Shown: positions 11,801 to 21,765, numbered from the stretch's first letter. The stretch is DNA of 62,207 bases from Candidatus Staskawiczbacteria bacterium (GCA_016196125.1 JACPYG010000005.1:1-62207), one strand, 5' to 3'. Notes: generated from the letters alone by a model not told the origin. Made by a program: numbers and translations.

Positions 11801-14800
11801 TTGAAATTGAAAGATTACCGGAAATGTTTAAAGTTGGGTCGTAAGTGGCGTGGTTGACGACTACGGCGTTGGAGCCATCTCCAATGGTTAAATTGGCAGT
11901 ATTAATAGTTTGAGACGACGCAGTTCCTAATGTATATGTTGGCGTACCGGCGGGAATTAAAGATAAATCATTGTAAGTGGTGGAAGTGATTTCAGTTGCA
12001 GAAGTTCCTGTATAAGAAATAGTGCCCGTTGAAGGTGTAAATGTTCCATTTACTATTAAAGGACGAGAACTCCCCGTGCCTGAACCCGTTAAAGTTAAAG
12101 TATTTGAACCGTTGGCAGAAAATGTCTGAGAAGCGTCAATCGTTAATGAAGTAGCTTTGACCGAGGAACCTAAACTAAGCGTGGTAATTACTTCTGCTAT
12201 TGAATAGTTAAAATAAGCATCAAAATTCCAACTAATAGCACCTTCTTGAATCCAAGTTGTAGGGTTAGAACCAGTTACACCGCAATCATAAGAGCCATCC
12301 AGAAAATCAGTTGTATTGTATTCATTACGCCAACCAGTTCCCAAATCAGAAGAAACCGCTATCCAGTATGCAGTACCATTTACCAAAGTATATGTGCCGG
12401 CCTGACTGATAGTGTATCTTGTCTTAGTGGTAGTAAGATCAACCGATCCGCTTATTTCGTCAAGCTTGGTTCCAGGAACTCCGTCTCCATCGCTGTACAA
12501 GGCAAGATATACGGTTGTTGTTCCAGAACCAGAACTTCTTCGGCCATACCAGCTTCCGCTGGCAATAGTAGAACCTGTCGTTCCGCCAAAAGCTGCGATT
12601 TTATATGCTAAACGGCAATTATTAGTATTGTCTTCGCTTGTGTCGGTTGCAGTATTTCCGTAAGTGCCACTGTCGGCAGCATTACCATAAACCGTTACTG
12701 CTCCAATATCCTGACCCGAAGTTGTATCCGTCCACACTTGCGTAATTCCTCCGCTGAAGGTAACGGTACCGCCTTTGGTGTACACCGAACTACCCGACAA
12801 TGAAAAATTTCCCTTATATGTCTGGTTATTACTATTGGCATCAAAGGTACCGGCAGTTTCACTAAAATTACCATCCACGGTTAAGGCAGCCCCCAATTGA
12901 AAGATATCAGTCGCGCCATCTGTGCTGTTAATCGTAAGATTTTTATATGAAGCTGAAAAATAGTCAGTTATTGCATATGTGTCTGCGGCGCTATCCCCGT
13001 CGCCTGTAAAAATAACGGTGGAACCCGAATTCAAGGTTTTTGTAGTGGCGGTAATTGTTTCAGAACCTCTCAACTGTAATATGCCGGAAGTATCAACGGT
13101 CAGCACATTTGTCGCAATCGTGTATGACGCCAAAGACAAAGTGCCGCTCGTAATGGTGACATCCTGGCTTGTTGCGTTCCAGTCGGCATTGCTGGCCAAT
13201 GTGACAGTCCCCGAGCTCTTATCAATAGTAACATCGCCATTAGGTTCGTTGCCGCCATTATCGGTGTATGTCTGGTTAGCCGTACCCGTAAACTTAAGCA
13301 TAGCTGTGCCGCCATCAGCAGCCGTGTCAATCGTCACATTTCCCTGGGCTTCAATGGTACCGGTATTAATCGTACCATTCATAGCATTAAAAGTTCCCAC
13401 GACTATTATAGTATCACCCGAAGTAATTTCTACTATTGCACTACCGTTAGTAATATCAACTGTCAGATTATTCATTGTAACACTAGTATCAACATCAATT
13501 GTGGCTTTGTTAGCCGTAGTTAATGAACCAAATTTAACAGTGCCCGAACCATGATTAAATACGCCGCCGCTCATTGAAAAAAAGGTAGCGGTTGTTGCTT
13601 GGCCAATCAAGAGATTACCGCTGGTAGAGGTAAAGGTGCCGCCGCTAAGCGCGTATGTGCCATTAATATCAATAGTTGAATCGCCGCCAACAAAAGTGCC
13701 TGCGGCTTGCACATAATTACTAGCGCCGACGGTTATTGTAATGCCCGCGTTTTGTGTGATTGTGCCAGAGTAACCGGTATTTATATCAATGCCTGCAACA
13801 TCAAAGTTAGCATTGATAACGGCGCTATTGTCGCAATCGGCATCAAAAATGGCAATATCAGAAGCGCCGGGAACGGTTGCTCCTCCTCCCGTGCAAGAGG
13901 CAGGGTCAGCCGAGGCCCAATTAGCGGTGTCGTTGGTGTTGCCTCCGGCGCTGCCTACCCAATATCTATTGGCATCAACAATAAAATCAATGTCTATGCT
14001 ATTGCTTATTATTTTTAGATCAAAAACATCAGTAGGCGCCTGAAGGTTAGTGAGCAAAACTTTATAAAAGGCTTCTTGGCTGATTTCTTGGAAAGTTGCA
14101 ATAAGCTGGTCGCCCCCGCTTCCGTCGGAATAGACCGGATAAACTTCTATGGTAGCGCCAAGACCTGAACGAGAGTACAAAGTAATGTCATTTTGGCTGG
14201 TCAATATTCTTTCAAAAGTAACTCTTACATATTGGCTGTTTTCTATGGCTGACCAGTTATCGTCTTTATATCTGACTTGGTCATAAATATCTTCTACGAC
14301 ATTTTTGTCTTGGTCTAACTTGAAAGCTTTGGAGATAAAGATTATATCAAATATCTGCTCTGACAGGTGAGGAACAATCCATTCTATGTAATCAAGCTTG
14401 CCGTTGTTATTGGTGTCTTTGGCGGTAAATGGCACTTCCTCATTATTGTTATTTTGCCATTTAATTTGTATTTTATTTTCCTGTCCTATTTTGAATATTT
14501 CCGGTATTTCGGTGAATGCCAGCACATTAGTGTAAGAGTCGGGTGCTGGGCCTTGAGTATCAGGTAAAAATTCGTCCGGCGAGGAAATTGTGACTTTCTT
14601 TCCTTTATTTGTTTCTTGCTCGGAGATTTTTGGAGCCGGCATTTGATAGTCAATTTGCACATACTCATCTTTTTTATTTTCTTGTTTGCTTGCACTGAGC
14701 GAAGCCGAAGTGTCTAAAATATCTGGCAAAGGAAGAGACGCGTCTTCTGCTTCTACTACTGCTTCTGCTTCTACTTCTACTTCTGCTTCTGCTTGCTGTA

Positions 14801-15809
14801 TTATCGGTTGGTCTAAAGAAGAAATTATTTCAACCGGATTTACAGTTGGAGTATCTGGCAAACTTACGATGTCTATGGAATCTTGTGAAATTTCTTGTAG
14901 AGCTGATTCCTGTTCTGCCGGCAATTCAGAGTCCGAAGAATCTTCCGAGTCCGAAGAATCTTCGGACTCGGAGAGTTGTTCAATAATTTGATTGGAAATA
15001 TCAACAAAACTGGCATCTGGAGTTTGAATAACTTCTGGCGATATTTCTTCCGGAGTTGGTGTTTCTTCCGAAGCTGATGTTTCTTCGGGAGTTAATGTTT
15101 CTTCCGGAGTTGGTATTTCTTCCGGAGTTTGTGTTTCTTCGATTATAGGGGCTTGGCCATCATCTGTTGAAATTTGTTCTGTCTCTGCAGAAACACTTTC
15201 GAAGCTGGCAAGAAAAATTTCTTTGAGGTTTGAAAAAATATCAAGCGCAATGTTAGAGGTTGGCAGTTTGTCTTTAGATTCTGGGGATTTTGGCACAACA
15301 TTGGCTAATTTTTGTCTTTGTTTTGAGGTCAGGCTATTTTGGAATAATGGTATTTTTTGAGACAAAATCTGCTCTGCTTCTTTTTTACTTATAACTTTGA
15401 TTTTAATTTGCGTGGCTCCATTTGGCAGTTTTACCAAATATTGATTTGGTTTAATTAAATCTCTCTTAACTAATATGGTATATTTTACAGGCTGGCCCGC
15501 AATGACCGACGAAGTTTGTTTTACGGCCACGCTCTTGATGGTTTTGCTTTCTATTATTTGTTTTTGGTGTTGCAGTATTGCGTAATTTCCTATCCAAATA
15601 GAGACAACTAACAACAAAACAGCAAAGACTGCGCCTCGCAAAAACAATAAAGGGTTAAAAGAAAACAACCCAAAAAACACTGAATTGAATTTAAAACTCT
15701 TTTTTGGCGTAATACGAATCCGAAACAAGAGCGGATTCTTGGCGCCTTGTTCCTCCCTTACTTGTTTTATTTTTATATTAAAAATATCTTGATGATATTT
15801 TTTTTCCAT
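8841..15809 (-). CDS. giant (2322 aa) cell-surface protein, beta-helix-like T/S/G-rich repeats, acidic linkers, C-terminal carboxypeptidase-regulatory-like domain and TM anchor
   Basis: N-terminal TM. PEET/SEDS/AEVE low-complexity runs. Long 'GTxT(F/L)..G' repeat region. A two-copy ~95-aa module 'ITF(S/T)..EN.DCRA..TDKSYDDMSGD.DC.GDGT.SISC'. 'YSFLVPEGYYYLKVDAPGY' near the C-terminal TM. Confidence 0.8.
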   Translation of the reverse strand: MEKKYHQDIFNIKIKQVREEQGAKNPLLFRIRITPKKSFKFNSVFFGLFSFNPLLFLRGAVFAVLLLVVSIWIGNYAILQHQKQIIESKTIKSVAVKQTSSVIAGQPVKYTILVKRDLIKPNQYLVKLPNGATQIKIKVISKKEAEQILSQKIPLFQNSLTSKQRQKLANVVPKSPESKDKLPTSNIALDIFSNLKEIFLASFESVSAETEQISTDDGQAPIIEETQTPEEIPTPEETLTPEETSASEETPTPEEISPEVIQTPDASFVDISNQIIEQLSESEDSSDSEDSSDSELPAEQESALQEISQDSIDIVSLPDTPTVNPVEIISSLDQPIIQQAEAEVEVEAEAVVEAEDASLPLPDILDTSASLSASKQENKKDEYVQIDYQMPAPKISEQETNKGKKVTISSPDEFLPDTQGPAPDSYTNVLAFTEIPEIFKIGQENKIQIKWQNNNNEEVPFTAKDTNNNGKLDYIEWIVPHLSEQIFDIIFISKAFKLDQDKNVVEDIYDQVRYKDDNWSAIENSQYVRVTFERILTSQNDITLYSRSGLGATIEVYPVYSDGSGGDQLIATFQEISQEAFYKVLLTNLQAPTDVFDLKIISNSIDIDFIVDANRYWVGSAGGNTNDTANWASADPASCTGGGATVPGASDIAIFDADCDNSAVINANFDVAGIDINTGYSGTITQNAGITITVGASNYVQAAGTFVGGDSTIDINGTYALSGGTFTSTSGNLLIGQATTATFFSMSGGVFNHGSGTVKFGSLTTANKATIDVDTSVTMNNLTVDITNGSAIVEITSGDTIIVVGTFNAMNGTINTGTIEAQGNVTIDTAADGGTAMLKFTGTANQTYTDNGGNEPNGDVTIDKSSGTVTLASNADWNATSQDVTITSGTLSLASYTIATNVLTVDTSGILQLRGSETITATTKTLNSGSTVIFTGDGDSAADTYAITDYFSASYKNLTINSTDGATDIFQLGAALTVDGNFSETAGTFDANSNNQTYKGNFSLSGSSVYTKGGTVTFSGGITQVWTDTTSGQDIGAVTVYGNAADSGTYGNTATDTSEDNTNNCRLAYKIAAFGGTTGSTIASGSWYGRRSSGSGTTTVYLALYSDGDGVPGTKLDEISGSVDLTTTKTRYTISQAGTYTLVNGTAYWIAVSSDLGTGWRNEYNTTDFLDGSYDCGVTGSNPTTWIQEGAISWNFDAYFNYSIAEVITTLSLGSSVKATSLTIDASQTFSANGSNTLTLTGSGTGSSRPLIVNGTFTPSTGTISYTGTSATEITSTTYNDLSLIPAGTPTYTLGTASSQTINTANLTIGDGSNAVVVNHATYDPTLNISGNLSISNNAGTFTKSDLPATITLNPTGSKTWTDNTNQDIGVVVVGSGASTPKITLGGTAKATTVTINSSHELDLSSYTLSLIGTSTPFAVSGTFTPSTGTVNYIPETSSSITVAGTTYYSVTFNSSSTTFTLGADTSVGGILTITTGILNASSYTITLSGTGTVFSNSGTYTAGTSTISITDTSSTSKTFAGGGGTYNNLSITGVGTGAVIISGSNTFSNFTINPPKTVTFTSSATQTISDTFSCTGTSGNVITINSSSGGTAATLSKSSGTVSCDYLSLQDSAATGGATWNPGTNSTDVSGNSGWGFDSTSPAPSSFSPASEATITDSTPTITFSLDENGDCRAATTDKSYDDMSGDTDCTGDGTQSISCTLSDLGADGAKNVYVACQDTLYGNKDTASTNENLTYTLDTTAPVISSISPASGSTVQSASPTITFTTSENADCRAASTDKSYDDMSGDIDCAGDGTTSISCNTESVSGSSVDIYISCNDSSGNKDTASTNTQTSYSVVRSVGGGAPPSYSSLVSVLPPLSPIIEQIVQIPEKAVEKVVEQIKEIPGSIAEQSKKITEQITQIQKQLVKLIKPAEEKQTEIVVIPEKAQLSLDSKWNLLPVEAIKRFVLYPLPTKIKLLAQKFPELEKTFKNVGIAKITDVQKLTNTNLKIPGLTQTLGLSQVEITPGKFTPPKGIPINKLPATVKQQLPSEIVFAKTGGELIDFDISLSVAGNGEPQQKIRTISGKPLQLVIKPDKPVKSVKGYVVFKSKASQPHSLEVPLNYLLASVIFANPVFAKVQEQPIKVEEKLVLLEFEYTDPDGDGIYTADINAPVIDGEYEIITVMDFEDPELGKKEIRLITVIDPEGYVYEKSGNKETRIPGAIVSIFWLNSETKQYELWPARDYQQENPQTTDVRGTYSFLVPEGYYYLKVDAPGYLSYDGKPFGVAEGSGVHINLELKTKYWWTKIVDWKTILLAAIIILLLYNFYRDKIRERIIARSKV

Positions 15810-15857
15810 TTGCTTATTCTAACAAAAAAAATAAAACAATAGGAGTGGATAACTCCG

Positions 15858-15937
15858 AACAGCAGTGAGGACCCTGCCCTCTAAGCTATTGCATTTTACA
15901 TTGCCATAGAGGGCGGATTTTGAGATCGCTCACTGCT
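15858..15937. other. GC-rich nested hairpin overlapping the uvrA stop codon
   Basis: Outer stem agcagtgag/ctcactgct, inner stem gccctcta/tagagggc. No T-run. Confidence 0.4.
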
Positions 15938-18788
15938 CGCTCAAATATTTACCGGTATAACTTTTTTTATTTTTAGAAATATCGTCTGGAGCGCCTTCGG
16001 CAACAATATATCCGCCTTCGCTTCCCCCCTCGGGACCCAAATCTATGCACCAATCCGCGTTTTTTATACAATCAAGATTATGTTCAATCATAATGATCGT
16101 ATTTCCTTTTTCTACCAAACTTGTCAAAACCCAAACCAATTTATTAATATCGTGAGGATGCAATCCGGTAGTCGGCTCATCTAAAATATATAAAGTTTTT
16201 CCTGTGCCCTTTTTTGAAAGTTCTGTGGATAATTTTACCCTTTGCGCCTCTCCTCCCGAGAGAGAAGTTGCCGATTGGCCTAACTCAATATAAGAAAGAC
16301 CGACTTCTTTTAAAGTTTTCATTTTTTCGTAAATACCCGTGATATTTTTAAAAAATTCCATTGCTTCTTCAACTGTCATACTTAAAACATCGGCAATATT
16401 TTTTTCTTTATAATTAACTTCCAAAACTTCTTTGTTGTATCTCTTGCCTTTGCATTCTTCGCATTCAACATAAATATCCGGCAAGAAATACATCTCAACT
16501 TTTTTTTGGCCTTGGCCTTCGCAGGCTTCGCATCTTCCGCCTTTCACATTAAAACTAAACCTGCCAGCTCCATATCCTCTTATTTTAGCTTCCTTTGTTC
16601 TTGTAAAAATATCCCTTATATATGTGAAAGCCCCGGTATAAGTTGCCGGATTTGATCTTGGAGTTCTGCCAATTGGCGACTGATCAACCAAAACAACCTT
16701 GTTTAAGTTTTCTATTCCTAAAATTTCTTTGTGCTCGCCCGGTTCATCTTTCGCCCTGTAAAACTTTTTAAGCAATGACCTTGCCAAAATATCATTTACC
16801 AAAGATGATTTTCCGGAACCGGACACGCCAGTGACACAGACAAATTTACCCAAAGGAATTTTAACATCAATATTTTTTAAGTTATTTTCTTTGGCTCCAA
16901 CTACCGTTAAGTATTTAGTATTGGGAATAATTGATACTTTATACTTAATACTTGATACGGTTTTTCTTCCAGATAAATAATCTCCCGTTAAAGTATTGCT
17001 CTTTAGCAATCGCGCTGGCGTACCCTCAAAAACCACCCTGCCTCCATGTTTTCCCGCTCCAGGACCAATATCAATAACCCAATTGGCTCCATTGAGAATA
17101 GTTTGATAGTCATGCTCAACCACTACTACGGTATTTCCCAAATCCCTAAGTTTTTTTAATGTTTCAATCAATCTATGCTGGTCTCTTGGATGAAGCCCGA
17201 CAGACGGTTCATCTAAAATATATAAAACACCCGACAAGTTGGAGCCAATTTGGGTTGCCAATCGTATTCTTTGCTCTTCTCCGCCAGACAAAGTTCCTGT
17301 TTTTCTGCCCAAAGTCAGATATCCCAAACCCACGTCAATTAAAAACTGGCTTCTATCAATAACTTCTTTTATAATTGGCTTGCTTATTTTTAATTTGTTA
17401 ATATTAAGTTTTAATAATAAATTATCAAAAAATTCTTTTGTTTCAATAATTGGCATCTCTGAAATATTATCAATAGATTTGTCTCCAACTGTAACAGCCA
17501 ATACTTCCGGCTTTAACCTTTTGCCAAAACACTTTGGACATTTTTTAACAACCATATACTGCTCAATTTCGGCCCTTGTCCACTCGGAATCTGTTTTAAG
17601 ATACCTCCTTTGGAGACTTGGTATTACTCCCTCCCACCCAGACGAACCGTCTGGGCGAGGCTCGCCCGTCTCGCCCACTTTGTGGGCTGACGAGGCGGCA
17701 AATTTTTCGTCCCCTTGCAAAATAATATCTATAATTTTTTTTGGCAGATTTTTTACTTCGTCATCTAAAGAAAATTTATATTTATTTGCCAATTCGGATA
17801 ATTTCCAAAAATAGTAGCCCTGCCTGCCGGCAGGCAGGCTTGGCCCCACTTTGTGCGAAGCCCTGCTCCAAGGCCAAATTGCGCCTTCTGCCAATGTTAA
17901 ATTTTTATTTGGAATTACCAGCTCCGGGTCAACTTCCAGCTTTTCGCCAAGACCGGTGCATTCATGGCAAGCACCATAGGGATTATTAAAAGAAAAAACT
18001 CTTGGCTCTAACTCTAACAAGGAAATTCCGCATTCTTCACAAGAAAAATGTTCTGAAAAAATTAAATTATTCACAATCACGACTCCTTTGCCTAATTTCA
18101 ACGCCGTTTCAAGAGAATCAACCAATCTTGACCTGTCTAAATCCTTATCCAACGAAAGCCGGTCAACAACCACTTCAATATTATGTTTTTTGTTCTTATC
18201 CATCGGCTTTTCCAAGGCCTCTTCTATCGGATAAATATCTCTCTCCATCCTGACCCTTATAAATCCCGCTCTTTGAATTTCTTCTAAAACGGCTCTGTGT
18301 TCTCCTTTTTTTCCGCGCACAACCGGGCCCAAAATTGTAATCTCCGTATTTTTTGGCAATTTTATAACTTGATCAACGATTTGGTCCACTGTTTGCTTTG
18401 AAATCAGTTTTCCGCAATTTGGGCAATGGGGCTTGCCAATTCTCGCAAACAGAAGGCGGAGATAATCATATATCTCTGTTATCGTTCCAACTGTTGACCT
18501 TGGATTATGAACTGACTTTCTCTGGTCAATTGAAATTGCAGGGCTTATTCCTTCTATTTTATCCACATCGGGTTTGTCCATTACTCCTAAAAACTGTCTT
18601 GCATAAGCCGACAGGCTCTCAACATATCTTCTTTGGCCTTCGGCATACAAGGTGTCAAAAGCCAAAGATGATTTACCGGAACCGGAAAGGCCGGTAATAA
18701 CCACCAGCTTGTTTTTTGGAATATCCAAATTTATATTCTTTAAATTGTGCACTCTTGCCCCGCGAATTTTTATATAATCTTGCTTCAT
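15930..18788 (-). CDS. uvrA: excinuclease ABC subunit A
   Basis: '[14 protein letters not shown]', two ABC modules ([20 protein letters not shown]), zinc-finger Cys pairs. Track start 18851 lies in a terminator repeat, so M22 is used. Confidence 0.95.
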   Translation of the reverse strand: MKQDYIKIRGARVHNLKNINLDIPKNKLVVITGLSGSGKSSLAFDTLYAEGQRRYVESLSAYARQFLGVMDKPDVDKIEGISPAISIDQRKSVHNPRSTVGTITEIYDYLRLLFARIGKPHCPNCGKLISKQTVDQIVDQVIKLPKNTEITILGPVVRGKKGEHRAVLEEIQRAGFIRVRMERDIYPIEEALEKPMDKNKKHNIEVVVDRLSLDKDLDRSRLVDSLETALKLGKGVVIVNNLIFSEHFSCEECGISLLELEPRVFSFNNPYGACHECTGLGEKLEVDPELVIPNKNLTLAEGAIWPWSRASHKVGPSLPAGRQGYYFWKLSELANKYKFSLDDEVKNLPKKIIDIILQGDEKFAASSAHKVGETGEPRPDGSSGWEGVIPSLQRRYLKTDSEWTRAEIEQYMVVKKCPKCFGKRLKPEVLAVTVGDKSIDNISEMPIIETKEFFDNLLLKLNINKLKISKPIIKEVIDRSQFLIDVGLGYLTLGRKTGTLSGGEEQRIRLATQIGSNLSGVLYILDEPSVGLHPRDQHRLIETLKKLRDLGNTVVVVEHDYQTILNGANWVIDIGPGAGKHGGRVVFEGTPARLLKSNTLTGDYLSGRKTVSSIKYKVSIIPNTKYLTVVGAKENNLKNIDVKIPLGKFVCVTGVSGSGKSSLVNDILARSLLKKFYRAKDEPGEHKEILGIENLNKVVLVDQSPIGRTPRSNPATYTGAFTYIRDIFTRTKEAKIRGYGAGRFSFNVKGGRCEACEGQGQKKVEMYFLPDIYVECEECKGKRYNKEVLEVNYKEKNIADVLSMTVEEAMEFFKNITGIYEKMKTLKEVGLSYIELGQSATSLSGGEAQRVKLSTELSKKGTGKTLYILDEPTTGLHPHDINKLVWVLTSLVEKGNTIIMIEHNLDCIKNADWCIDLGPEGGSEGGYIVAEGAPDDISKNKKSYTGKYLSEQ

Positions 18789-18835
18789 AAAGTTATTAAT
18801 TATACAGATATTTTTAAATAATTTCAATATGACAC

Positions 18836-18876
18836 GCAATGAAAAAGACATCTTGGTAAAGATGCCTATGAATTTA
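18836..18876 (-). terminator. 41-bp direct repeat copy 1 containing an intrinsic terminator
   Basis: Identical to 19783-19823. Minus strand ggcatctt-tacc-aagatgtc followed by ttttt. Confidence 0.7.
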
Positions 18877-18923
18877 ACGGAGAAAATCCATTTTTATTAA
18901 ATTTTCGGTTCTTCTAAGCTATT

Positions 18924-19388
18924 TTAAACACGATAGTTCTCGCTTAGATCGAAAAGGTATTTAAAATATTCGAGGTATTTTGGATTCCCTCTTTTTATTT
19001 GTGTCCACGCAATGAGCTTCTCTGATTTTTTCCAGCATCTCCATATTGTCCTCCAATGAGTGGTAATTATAGGATCGGAATCTATATGTCCTTCGTAGAT
19101 AATATAACCAATTCGATGATACATAAACACTGCGTCTTGGACAATTTCTAAATAGCTCTCCAGTTTTTCATCTTCAATACCATCTATTTCGACAGGTACT
19201 TCTTTGTATATTTTTTTTCTTGCCTTCCGTGCAGTTTCTGCGTACAATTCATTGAAAATGGTGATAACGGCTTGGAGTTTTCTACTTTTTTCAAATCCTT
19301 TCGTCTGCACGTATGCGAACCAAAGTGCAATCGAGAAAAGAAGTGTGTAAATTGAAGTTGCAATCGCAGCCACCATTGTCCAATCCAT
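18924..19388 (-). CDS. hypothetical protein, N-terminal TM anchor
   Basis: 154 aa with one TM then a soluble W/Y/H-rich domain. Accessory-looking. Confidence 0.5.
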   Translation of the reverse strand: MDWTMVAAIATSIYTLLFSIALWFAYVQTKGFEKSRKLQAVITIFNELYAETARKARKKIYKEVPVEIDGIEDEKLESYLEIVQDAVFMYHRIGYIIYEGHIDSDPIITTHWRTIWRCWKKSEKLIAWTQIKRGNPKYLEYFKYLFDLSENYRV

Positions 19389-19449
19389 TTTTCTATTCCT
19401 TTTTTGAAGAAATTAGGAGAAGATGTTGAATCTTCTCTTTTTATGCAAA

Positions 19450-19701
19450 TTACTTATTCCTAATTTTACGGTCTATTTGGAACAACTTTGGTTTCTCTTC
19501 ATAATATCGTACCCTCATTGATACGAAAGCAAGAGTAACGCCAATTGCGACAACAATGATTCCCACAATCAAGAGGGATGTATATCCCATCCCGCCACCG
19601 ATTGCCGCCGTGAAAAAACCCACAAGCGTTAAAACTGTGAAGTAACCCCAAAGTTTAATAGCCAAATCCATTCTTTGACCATATGTCAATCGTTTCTTCA
19701 T
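19450..19701 (-). CDS. hypothetical small membrane protein
   Basis: 83 aa, two TM spans. Confidence 0.45.
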   Translation of the reverse strand: MKKRLTYGQRMDLAIKLWGYFTVLTLVGFFTAAIGGGMGYTSLLIVGIIVVAIGVTLAFVSMRVRYYEEKPKLFQIDRKIRNK

Positions 19702-19782
19702 TGTTTTTCTCCTTATGTGAAAGTATTAAGAACTAACTTGATTATAGAGTAAGTTTATGTCTAAGTCAAGATATTGTAATAT

Positions 19783-19823
19783 GCAATGAAAAAGACATCT
19801 TGGTAAAGATGCCTATGAATTTA
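19783..19823 (-). terminator. 41-bp direct repeat copy 2 containing an intrinsic terminator
   Basis: Perfect copy of 18836-18876, downstream of ORF 19845-20099. Confidence 0.7.
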
Positions 19824-19844
19824 CAAATGAATCACTTTTTTACC

Positions 19845-20099
19845 TTATTTTCTATTTTTAAAATATTGCTCCCATCGCTCATCTAAATCTTTTTTCCATT
19901 CCGGGTCATTTTTATCAATTATCAAAGTAGAAATTAAAATAAGAACAATGCCGATAAATGCGCATATAAATGTAGCAACAAGTATTATTACGCTATTCAT
20001 ATATTTATCTACGAATGCTAGAATAAGTGCCATGATTAGGCAAAAATATACTCCTTTGACTAAATTTATTCCTTGATAAAACTCCGGCGGCTCTTTCAT
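19845..20099 (-). CDS. hypothetical small membrane protein
   Basis: 84 aa, two TM spans. Confidence 0.45.
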   Translation of the reverse strand: MKEPPEFYQGINLVKGVYFCLIMALILAFVDKYMNSVIILVATFICAFIGIVLILISTLIIDKNDPEWKKDLDERWEQYFKNRK

Positions 20100-20203
20100 T
20101 GTTTTTCCTCGTTATCAGAAATCAAAGAACTGATTGTATTATGTGATATTATTGGAGATAAATCAAGGCATTGAAAAAGATGATTTTTGGAGTTTAAATA
20201 ATT

Positions 20204-21661
20204 ATGAATATGAAAGATTTTAAGATATTAACAAAAAACAGAATTCACCCGGTTAAATCCGCCAAAGTCGGTGTTCTGCCAAAGGCAGAACAATTTAACT
20301 GGGTAAATCAGCTCCCAAAAACAACTGGAGTTTATTTGTTTTATGAAAACCCTTCGGAGAGTCATTCGACCCTGAGGGTCTCAGACCCGATGGGCTCAAG
20401 GCAAGAAAAAATTATTTACATAGGCAAGGCAATAAATATAAAAAACAGGGTAAAAAACCATTTCCAACAGCCTAATTATAAGGACAACTTGTTTATAAAT
20501 AAAATTACCAAAATTAGTTTTTTTGAAACCGGTTCAGAAATTGAAGCATTAATCTTGGAAGCCGGTTTAATCAAAAAATATCAGCCAAAATTTAATGTGA
20601 TATGGAAAGACGACAAGAACTATTTTTATGTTGCAATAGCTAATGAGCAAAGACCAATAATTTATATAACGCATCAACCAAAGAAAGAAGAATCAGGCAT
20701 AAAGCATAAGGTATCGGATATACAAAATACTCAATACATAGGGCCATTCGTGGAAGGAACAGCGCTTAAAAAAACTTTGAGGTTTTTAAGGAGGGCTTTC
20801 CCCTACTACACCGCAAGAAAGCATCCTAAAAATAATTGCGCTTATTGCCATTTAGGCCTTTGCCCTGGGCCTAATCCTGATTTGGATGAATACAAAAAAA
20901 ATATTAAAAAATTGGTTTTAATTTTGGGAGGAAAGACCACCGCCTATGGCGGGGTCCCGCTAACAGCAGGAGAAACTGTTTTAAATTCTCTTAAAAAAGA
21001 GATGAAGCAGTTGTCTTTTAAAAAAGAATTTGAAAAAGCGGCAAAAATAAGAGACAAAATTTCTAACCTGCAGCAAGTGATAAGCCACACAAGGGTTATT
21101 GAATCTGAAAAAATCAATCCGCCGGCCGGCGGAGGCAATTGGAATAAAACAGAAAAAATTTTAAATGGGATTGTGGGAATTAAAAATATATCAAGAATTG
21201 AGGCCTATGATATTTCTAATATTCAGGGAAAACAGGCAACAGGCGTTATGATTGTTTTCATTAAAGGAAATCCGGGTAAAAGTTTGTATCGCAAGTTTAA
21301 AATTAAAATCGCGCCAAAGCCGAATGACATAGCGATGCTAAAAGAAACATTAGAAAGAAGATTTGGGCATCCTGAATGGAAACTGCCGGAATTAATTTTA
21401 ATTGACGGCGGAATCGCTCAACTAAATATTGGCATAAAAGTAAAAAACCAGAAAACTGAAACAAAAAAAATCAAGGTGATATCAATTGCCAAAAAATACA
21501 AAGAACTTTTTATTGAAGGAAGGCAAAAACCAATATTGTTAAAAACACTGCCGCAAGAAATTTTCAATTTAATTATAAACCTTGACGACGAAGCTCACAG
21601 ATTTGCCATTTCGTACCATAGGTTTCTTCGGAGCAAGAAAACTATGGGACGAAATACATAG
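20204..21661 (+). CDS. uvrC: excinuclease ABC subunit C (short form)
   Basis: GIY-YIG N-terminus 'GVYLFYE...IIYIGKAINIKNRVKNH', UVR-like 'FEKAAKIRDKISNL', C-terminal endonuclease region 'IEAYDISN...IDGG'. Several in-frame palindromic inserts. Confidence 0.9.
   Translation: MNMKDFKILTKNRIHPVKSAKVGVLPKAEQFNWVNQLPKTTGVYLFYENPSESHSTLRVSDPMGSRQEKIIYIGKAINIKNRVKNHFQQPNYKDNLFINKITKISFFETGSEIEALILEAGLIKKYQPKFNVIWKDDKNYFYVAIANEQRPIIYITHQPKKEESGIKHKVSDIQNTQYIGPFVEGTALKKTLRFLRRAFPYYTARKHPKNNCAYCHLGLCPGPNPDLDEYKKNIKKLVLILGGKTTAYGGVPLTAGETVLNSLKKEMKQLSFKKEFEKAAKIRDKISNLQQVISHTRVIESEKINPPAGGGNWNKTEKILNGIVGIKNISRIEAYDISNIQGKQATGVMIVFIKGNPGKSLYRKFKIKIAPKPNDIAMLKETLERRFGHPEWKLPELILIDGGIAQLNIGIKVKNQKTETKKIKVISIAKKYKELFIEGRQKPILLKTLPQEIFNLIINLDDEAHRFAISYHRFLRSKKTMGRNT
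20247..20304. repeat. palindromic insert inside uvrC codons 15-34
   Basis: cacccggttaaat ... atttaactgggt with an inner hairpin gttctgcc-aaa-ggcagaac. In frame. Confidence 0.7.
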
Positions 21662-21765
21662 GAGGGGTCGGGAGGATTGGGTATCCTCCCGTGTAGAAAA
21701 TTATTCAAATGACCCAAAGGGTGCCCCGGTTTTGAAAGAGCGAGCCGTGGTTAAACGGCGAGCGA
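21662..21765 (+). ncRNA. structured element C1 directly after the uvrC stop codon (unknown class)
   Basis: Paralogue of 27273-27353. Hairpin gggagga-ttgggta-tcctccc covaries with ggggaaa-ttgggta-tttcccc. Shared gtgtagaaaattattcaaa ... tttgaaagagcgagc ... gcgagcga. Confidence 0.55.

Noticed and set aside
9580-14991. Plus-strand ORFs of 66-225 aa antisense to the giant surface-protein gene.
   Set aside because: They lie wholly inside a 2322-aa ORF with coherent domain structure, and they arise from its low-complexity and repeat composition.
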